A stretch of 34,477 bases of DNA, taken from assembly GCF_003334815.1 (NCBI RefSeq), contig NZ_QOWO01000039.1, one strand, 5' to 3'. Numbering within the stretch: the stretch's first letter is position 1; each line of letters begins with the position of its first letter. The position numbers and the translations under genes were made by a program. The stretch comes from Escherichia coli (lineage in GTDB: Bacteria; Pseudomonadota; Gammaproteobacteria; Enterobacterales; Enterobacteriaceae). Positions 28,816 to 34,477 of the stretch are shown here, piece after piece. A model generated the notes under the pieces. The model ran no database searches. It was not told where the DNA came from and worked only from the letters and a program-made list of their open reading frames with translations.

Positions 28816-29106
28816 TTAATCGAGGCCAGTCCAGTCTCGTGGTGATTCCGTATGGTGGCGATACCACCATGGACGACCGGAGGCGATGGCCCCTCTCAGA
28901 ATGCTGTAAATGCGAGTACAGATCGTCCTGACAGTCCAGCCTGAACGGTCGAGAATAACGAAAAATAAAATGATGCCGGTGCAAATCCAGAAGGTTGTTT
29001 TGGAGGGAAAGGGGCATATAAACAGATAAATCATGGTGAACGGCAGAGGTACGCCCTGGATGTTGACTGGCGGTGTTGCATATCGCCAGAAACCTTCTCT
29101 TTTCAT
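28816..29106 (-). CDS. Small membrane protein at the TraK position (IcmT-like?)
   Basis: 96-aa hydrophobic ORF whose ATG overlaps the traJ stop (ATGA coupling). Confidence 0.5.
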   Translation of the reverse strand: MKREGFWRYATPPVNIQGVPLPFTMIYLFICPFPSKTTFWICTGIILFFVILDRSGWTVRTICTRIYSILRGAIASGRPWWYRHHTESPRDWTGLD

Positions 29107-30251
29107 GACCGTAACTCCCCTGGCGGGATAAAAAGAATCGCTTCTCTTCGGTCAACTTCATTCCGGATATACATTTCCAGAATCTGGTCCCGGATACGGC
29201 GCTTCTCCTGCCGGATTATGGCATCAATGTGATGCCCCCACTCTGCATGTGGCATTCCGGAAAGATTGTCGCGAAGCTCATCGTTAATGACGATATATTC
29301 CCGGACGGCTTTACGACCACCGTCATTTGTTCTGACCAGAACCTGAACCAGAATGAACTGCAACAGTGACAGGACAGCCCAGGCCATCGAATCCCTGATG
29401 ACAGGGGGAAACAGCCCAAGAAGACGTGCCAGCGTTTCACCAGGAGATTTCGTATGCATGGTGCTCAGGCAGTAATGTCCGGTGTTGCCTGCCTGTACCG
29501 CTGCGTCGGCGGTTTCGTTATCCCTGATCTCACCAACACCGATAATTTCGGGATTACGTCGTACAGCAGAACGCAGTCCGGCAGCAAAACTGACCACATC
29601 ACGCCCGATTTCTGCCTGATGCGGTGGGAGCAGATCGTTTTCATTTCCCAGGATATATTCCACCGGGTCTTCATATGTCACGATTTTGGCGTCGGGGAAA
29701 TTGTCCATAATGTAACGGTACAGTGCTGAACACAGCGTTGATTTTCCTGACCCGGTTTCACCACATACAAATCCCAGACCGCTTTTGCAGACCATTGCTT
29801 CAAGCAGGTCTGGTTCAATGTTCATGGAGAGAATGTCCGGTATTTCTGTCGGGATGACACGCATGGTTATTGAGATTGCTTTCTCCTCCGCACCAGATGT
29901 GCCCTGAATGAGGTGAGAGCGTAACCGGATGCGTTCTCCGCGTTTAAGACCATAGCGCCCGGATGCATCCCCGTTAATCTGTATCGTCCTGTCAACCGGA
30001 TTGCCTGCCAGAACGCGGGGAATGACTTCCCGACCGAACAGTTCATCAATCAGGGAGGACATGAGTGTGGTTGGTAACGTTGCACTGGAACAACGCACCC
30101 GTCGGCCAAAGCGACTGACAGATACAGGTGACCCGCCGGTCAGATCCACATCACTGACTTTATGTGCGGCACACCAGACAAAGAAATGCCGTAGTTCATC
30201 TGCAGTGAAACGCTGAAACGGAAAAAGACCAAACTCATCAGGAATATTCAT
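29103..30251 (-). CDS. traJ: DotB/PilT-family secretion ATPase (TraJ-type)
   Basis: 382-aa ORF with Walker A GETGSGKST and downstream acidic/His-box-like motifs typical of PilT/VirB11-like ATPases. Confidence 0.75.
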   Translation of the reverse strand: MNIPDEFGLFPFQRFTADELRHFFVWCAAHKVSDVDLTGGSPVSVSRFGRRVRCSSATLPTTLMSSLIDELFGREVIPRVLAGNPVDRTIQINGDASGRYGLKRGERIRLRSHLIQGTSGAEEKAISITMRVIPTEIPDILSMNIEPDLLEAMVCKSGLGFVCGETGSGKSTLCSALYRYIMDNFPDAKIVTYEDPVEYILGNENDLLPPHQAEIGRDVVSFAAGLRSAVRRNPEIIGVGEIRDNETADAAVQAGNTGHYCLSTMHTKSPGETLARLLGLFPPVIRDSMAWAVLSLLQFILVQVLVRTNDGGRKAVREYIVINDELRDNLSGMPHAEWGHHIDAIIRQEKRRIRDQILEMYIRNEVDRREAILFIPPGELRS

Positions 30252-31066
30252 CGGGAGCCTCCTTCAGTGCCTATAAGCGGACGCCAGTGAGATTTCTGAA
30301 GATTGAATTCCGCATGATTTTTAAGGCGACGAACACGATCTCCAGTGACCAGTTTTTTCCCGTCACCTGTAACGGTTTGCATTTGATCAGAAACATCCGG
30401 ACGGGTGATCATGCCCTGACGCCAGAGAAGTGAGTACAGCATCATGCCCCGGTAATCACGGGTGAGGGTTTTCTGGTTGGCTTCAAGCGTCAGGTCGGCG
30501 TTTTGTCTTCCTTCCTGCCATCCCTGCCGTAATGCGGTTTCCCACACTTTTCGTTGCACGCTGTCTTCTGGAACGACGCTGCCTTCTGTACCCGGAGTGG
30601 CTGTTGTTGAAAGCCCCCGGAGAAGCCAGTCACGCCAGCCCGGTGGATTGCTGACAAAGCGTTCAGGGCGAATGATGGTCCAGACCCGGGAAGAGGTCCG
30701 GATTTGATCTGGCGTGATATGAGCTACGTCCTGTGCTTCATCAATAACCGGTGGTAGCCAGCCTTCCGGGCTAATCAGTGGCCGGAAATCGTATAAGGCA
30801 TTAAGTGTGCTTTCCCGGGCGTTGAGTGCCTGAATCAGCTCCCATGAACGCTGAGCCTTGCCACCACGAAATCCAAGCGTTTTACCTGCGTCGGTCAGCA
30901 TTTTCCAGCGTGTTTCTGACAGACTATCCGGCTTTTCACTTCGTGGTTTAAGCCATGCATTAATGTCAGGTGGTGGCGTATTGACACCACCTGGCGAGAT
31001 GGTAGGGGAAGAAGAACAACCAGTAAGCAGTATTACTGGCAAAATGAGAGAGGTGAGTGCTTTCAT
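30248..31066 (-). CDS. traI: DotC-like outer-membrane lipoprotein (TraI-type)
   Basis: 272-aa ORF with lipobox (LLTGC); overlaps traH by 4 nt. Confidence 0.55.
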   Translation of the reverse strand: MKALTSLILPVILLTGCSSSPTISPGGVNTPPPDINAWLKPRSEKPDSLSETRWKMLTDAGKTLGFRGGKAQRSWELIQALNARESTLNALYDFRPLISPEGWLPPVIDEAQDVAHITPDQIRTSSRVWTIIRPERFVSNPPGWRDWLLRGLSTTATPGTEGSVVPEDSVQRKVWETALRQGWQEGRQNADLTLEANQKTLTRDYRGMMLYSLLWRQGMITRPDVSDQMQTVTGDGKKLVTGDRVRRLKNHAEFNLQKSHWRPLIGTEGGSR

Positions 31067-31521
31067 TTTTTCCGGTTCTCCGGCTGCATGAAGCTGACCT
31101 GTAACAAGCCCGGATATTGATGGATTGTTGCTCTCCAGGCTGTCTGGGCTTCAATAAGTCTCAACGTATTGGAAAACGTCATATCCCGGACGTGAAGGTT
31201 GACTGGTAACGGCAGGCGGACACCATTGTAGTTAAACTGCATCCCCCTGACTCTGGCCAGTTCGTTCAGTAATTCAATTGCATCACCTTCCCAGTCAAAG
31301 GAAAGGCGATCGCTGTTAGCTGTCAGAAGATGAGACCCCGTTGAAACCGGAAGTTGGCCGGAAAACACACCTTTGTCCCATAATGTGTACTGAGTGTGCC
31401 GGGTAACCGCCACATCAGAGGCAGCACCGTAGTTACGCGGAACAGGAGTATGCTGAGAAGGGGAGTTGCAGCCAGCCAGAAAAAGGGCGGCAAGACACCC
31501 CGCAGGTATAATACGGTTCAT
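31063..31521 (-). CDS. traH: DotD-like lipoprotein (TraH-type)
   Basis: 152-aa ORF with lipobox (LFLAGC); about 395 bp of non-coding DNA upstream, probably holding the operon promoter. Confidence 0.55.
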   Translation of the reverse strand: MNRIIPAGCLAALFLAGCNSPSQHTPVPRNYGAASDVAVTRHTQYTLWDKGVFSGQLPVSTGSHLLTANSDRLSFDWEGDAIELLNELARVRGMQFNYNGVRLPLPVNLHVRDMTFSNTLRLIEAQTAWRATIHQYPGLLQVSFMQPENRKK

Positions 31522-31915
31522 AATAATTCCTGAGCAGTTAAATCAGAATGGGATATACCGGTGCTCCGGTACAGACAGGATGATGTTTGTTTCCGGCTAT
31601 ACTTGCGTTACCGGAAATAAATGCCAGTGTGGCCAGGTAAATAGCCTCATAGTTTACTGAAGGTGATTATTCCTGATACTGGCTGGTTGATGTGTCGTCA
31701 GACATAAAACGAATATGAGCGTAATCTTTAACGCTCCGCGCCGAATCGATCCATGATGGATGACTCGACGATTTATGAATCGAACGTACCGGCGCTTGTC
31801 CCTGAAACAGTTCCCGGCCCTCGTCCGGATAACCTGCAATTCAGACAGGCACATGTGCCCGTACACTCTTGTATCTTACTGAGTATATCAGAATTTATGT
31901 AAATTCAAATATCCT

Positions 31916-32500
31916 CTATGCCTCTTTGTTGTATTTTCCGTCAAGTATGAGCCGGGTACCATCGTAATGCATGATCAGGGCATCAAGGTACGCCGGTTTG
32001 AATTTCTTGCCGAGCCTATCTCTGGCCAGAAATGATAAACAATGATTATGTGTCATTATTACTATGTTCCTTTTATGAGATTCTCTTGCGATTGATTCAA
32101 GCGTCTTATAAAGATCATTATTGCAGTCTGATAAACTGTCCATAACGACGGGTTCTTTACCGGAGAAGAATTTTGCAGTTTGTATGGTTCTTACCGCATT
32201 GCTGGAGTAAATATCATATTCACTGAAGATTGTTGCGAACTTAATACCTTCCTGCTGTGCTTTCTCTGTACCGGTAATAGTGATTCCGCTTTTATCCGAA
32301 TAGCATGGCATATCTGAACGGTCGCAACGTTCTCCATGGCGGAAAAGGAAAATAACGGTGTTATCAGCATTAATTTCTTTTGCCTGTTCCAGGGTGATAT
32401 CGGGAAGCGAGCTTTTTGCTTTTGTCACTGCCGCTACCAGGAAAACAGAAAATAAAAGAATGAATGCTGTTTTTGAATAAGAAGAACGTGGTTTCATCAT
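31916..32500 (-). CDS. Periplasmic histidine-phosphatase-superfamily protein, Ais/PmrG-like
   Basis: 194-aa ORF with signal peptide and the RHG catalytic motif (FRHGERCDRS), later THNHC; size and layout resemble Ais-type small periplasmic phosphatases. Confidence 0.65.
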   Translation of the reverse strand: MMKPRSSYSKTAFILLFSVFLVAAVTKAKSSLPDITLEQAKEINADNTVIFLFRHGERCDRSDMPCYSDKSGITITGTEKAQQEGIKFATIFSEYDIYSSNAVRTIQTAKFFSGKEPVVMDSLSDCNNDLYKTLESIARESHKRNIVIMTHNHCLSFLARDRLGKKFKPAYLDALIMHYDGTRLILDGKYNKEA

Positions 32501-32525
32501 GTTATTTAAACTGAATATAAAAATA

Positions 32526-32547
32526 CCCCCGGGTTTAGTGCCGGGGG
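32526..32547 (-). terminator. Intrinsic terminator after the outer-membrane-barrel gene (stem cccccgg/ccggggg, then a U-rich tail on the minus strand)
   Basis: 7-bp GC stem followed on the minus strand by uauuuuuauauu; lies between the 32560 stop and the 32500 start. Confidence 0.55.
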
Positions 32548-32559
32548 CGGGGACAGTAA

Positions 32560-33762
32560 TCAGAAAGTGAACTGAAGTTGTGCCATTGCACCGTAATCGT
32601 GGTCAGTTCCTACCAGGCCGGAAACATCGATATGTACGACGTCAAATGGAGAGATACCAACGCCAGCGGTGAAGGCGCTTCCGGAGTCTGATGCCATGTT
32701 CTGACGATAACCGGCACGCAATTGCGCCCATTTCCATGCGTTAAATTCAGCACCAACACTTGCAAACTGACGTTTGCTGTCAGAAGTGAAGCCACTGGCA
32801 GGAGTCAGATCAACGTCAAGAGCAGTGGTAAACAGGTCATTATGCCAGGATACACCGGCGGTTGCCTGTGGACGAACTTTGAAGGTTTCTTTAAAGCCAT
32901 TGACGACTTTAGTATCAATACTGCGTGGAATGATGTTCTGGGCAACAAGACCGACAGTCCAGTTGTCATTCAGGTCTGTATAAGCACCAATATCGGCGTT
33001 GAATCCGTTTTTCGTGTTGTGGTACTTGTCACCGTCAAAATCGTCTTTGTCGTAATCACGAACCGTTACGTTGTAGTTAAACAGGTCCACACGCTGATAT
33101 TTTGGTGTGACGCCAAGAGACCATTTTTGTCCGGCCGTTTCCAGTTCTTTGGCAAATGAAATTCCGACGTCGGTAATTACAGCTGCACGCCCGAATGCGC
33201 GTGAGGTCAGGGCATTCTTATCGACGTCGGTAATTGTTCCATTGGCAACTTTGTCCAGATAATCCAGGTCTGCATCGTTTACTTTTCCGTTTACGCTGAC
33301 TGTTCCGTAAGACTTGACCATAAGGGCAAACGGCAGAGTGTCATTTGCCATGGCTGCTACAGCTGATGCACCTACCTGAGCATCTGCATTGATATTGCGG
33401 AATTCCTGCAGACGATGTTTAAGATTTGCCGCTGCCTGTTGTACGCCATGCTGGTTATCTACAGCACTGTCAAACAAATCCCAGTCATCTTTAACATCAT
33501 CAGCTTTATTTGATACATCATCAGGATCAGCAACTTGTGCCCCAACAGACGGCAGAAGAAGGCTGAAATCATCATTGCTGTTGTGCTTTGTCAGTAAAGC
33601 CGGGTTTGCCAGAGGTGCCACACCATAATGGGAAGATGCTACCCCGGTGCCACCCATTGCATCGTTACGCGCTTCAAAATATGACGTCGCTGCTGCAGCG
33701 TTAAAGGAAAATAATACAGCAGATGCAATGATGGTGCGGGTAATATGATTTTTCTTCATCAT
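32560..33762 (-). CDS. Outer-membrane beta-barrel protein (signal peptide, C-terminal ...LQFTF)
   Basis: 400-aa ORF with signal peptide MMKKNHITRTIIASAVLFSFNAAAA, many alternating hydrophobic/polar strands and a terminal Phe; sits where traF would be in IncI naming but is not verified. Confidence 0.55.
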   Translation of the reverse strand: MMKKNHITRTIIASAVLFSFNAAAATSYFEARNDAMGGTGVASSHYGVAPLANPALLTKHNSNDDFSLLLPSVGAQVADPDDVSNKADDVKDDWDLFDSAVDNQHGVQQAAANLKHRLQEFRNINADAQVGASAVAAMANDTLPFALMVKSYGTVSVNGKVNDADLDYLDKVANGTITDVDKNALTSRAFGRAAVITDVGISFAKELETAGQKWSLGVTPKYQRVDLFNYNVTVRDYDKDDFDGDKYHNTKNGFNADIGAYTDLNDNWTVGLVAQNIIPRSIDTKVVNGFKETFKVRPQATAGVSWHNDLFTTALDVDLTPASGFTSDSKRQFASVGAEFNAWKWAQLRAGYRQNMASDSGSAFTAGVGISPFDVVHIDVSGLVGTDHDYGAMAQLQFTF

Positions 33763-33847
33763 TTAATTTCCTGTTTATCAGAATTTAGACAAAACAACGC
33801 TATGACACGGATGTGCCGTAAATTTTTACTTTGGTACTATCTGGTAT

Positions 33848-34414
33848 TTACCAGGGTAATAAAGACGTATTAAATAAGCTAACAGGTAGTATTTGCCCTG
33901 TAATAAGGTTTCCGGCAAGGCCAGGTCTCAACGTAACGCGTCGCAAAGACATTGTTGTATTCTGCCTGGTTGTATATTCAGTTAACCATTTTCTTTTTTC
34001 ATCGTTCAGAAGTGTTGGTGATAATGATAGTGCCGGATATATTACAGAGCCATTTATTTCTTTTTCCTGTCTCAATATTACCCCGCAATATTCTCTTTTC
34101 GTGTTTCCTGCGAAGGGGAAACTATGCCAGAAAATAACTTCAGTGTTGCTGCTATCATTAATAAGCATTCTGAAATTATGAGCAGTATCTGGCCATTCAC
34201 CGGACAACGCTATCGGATAGTTTTCATGGCCATTCAGCCAGTCCGGATTGAGATTAAAACATTCAGCAAGATGTTCGAGAGCGTCAACTGAAAGATAGTC
34301 TGCAAGTCTGGCCGGGTCCTGTATTACCGTGGAGCGGATATTCCATGGCGACAGCAATGTTGCCAGTAATGGCGCATTTATATCATGCGACAGCATGATG
34401 GGTAATGACTCCAA
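33848..34414 (-). CDS. Hypothetical protein upstream of the tra block; start uncertain (TTG at 34414 or internal ATG)
   Basis: 188-aa track ORF on the same strand as the tra genes; no recognisable motif. Confidence 0.3.
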   Translation of the reverse strand: MESLPIMLSHDINAPLLATLLSPWNIRSTVIQDPARLADYLSVDALEHLAECFNLNPDWLNGHENYPIALSGEWPDTAHNFRMLINDSSNTEVIFWHSFPFAGNTKREYCGVILRQEKEINGSVIYPALSLSPTLLNDEKRKWLTEYTTRQNTTMSLRRVTLRPGLAGNLITGQILPVSLFNTSLLPW

Positions 34415-34477
34415 CTTATTGATAGTGTTTTATGTTCAGATAATGCCCGATGACTTTGTCATGCAGCTCCACCGATT

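Noticed and set aside
9803-34414. Integrative conjugative element with a GI-type T4SS (pKLC102/ICEclc/SPI-7-like)
   Set aside because: Gene content (DotB/DotO/DotA/DotC/DotD-like proteins, Sog-like primase, PLD nuclease, excA position) fits the I-type/Dot-Icm lineage; no integrase, tRNA attachment site or TraD/TraI-type ICE genes are seen in the window.
1-34477. CRISPR arrays, tRNA/rRNA genes
   Set aside because: No regularly spaced short direct repeats and no tRNA-like or rRNA-like sequence recognised by eye; the only tandem-like repeats are the ~145-bp units at 8.1-8.9 kb, which are too long and too irregular for CRISPR.

Overview
Two-part window read from sequence and the ORF track only (no database searches run). 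Left part (1-5141): a minus-strand lactate-utilisation operon, LctP-family permease followed by lutA/lutB/lutC (ykgEFG-type), with an IS66-like palindromic terminal repeat at 212-245 on its far side. Middle (5142-9800): an IS66-family element (orfA, orfB, frameshifted transposase) abutting the 3' remnant of a second, diverged IS66-family transposase, then three copies of a ~70-150 bp repeat each carrying a bidirectional terminator-like hairpin (two copies also carry a conserved 19-24 codon ORF), then two small divergent hypothetical genes. Right part (9803-34414): one long minus-strand, tightly packed block of type IVB (Dot/Icm-like, IncI-plasmid-type) conjugative transfer genes, in tra-name order H-I-J-(K)-nuc-sogL-L-M-N-O-P-Q-R-(S)-T-U-V-W-X-Y-excA, preceded by an outer-membrane barrel gene and an Ais-like histidine phosphatase. 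The tra names are assigned from gene order, motifs and topology, not from measured identity. The block stops at excA: no coupling protein, relaxase or oriT lies beyond it in this window. I do not see an obviously new system; the least explained items are the repeat family at 8.1-8.9 kb, the IS66 ends bracketing the lactate operon, and the accessory genes inside the tra block. No tRNA, rRNA or CRISPR array was recognised.
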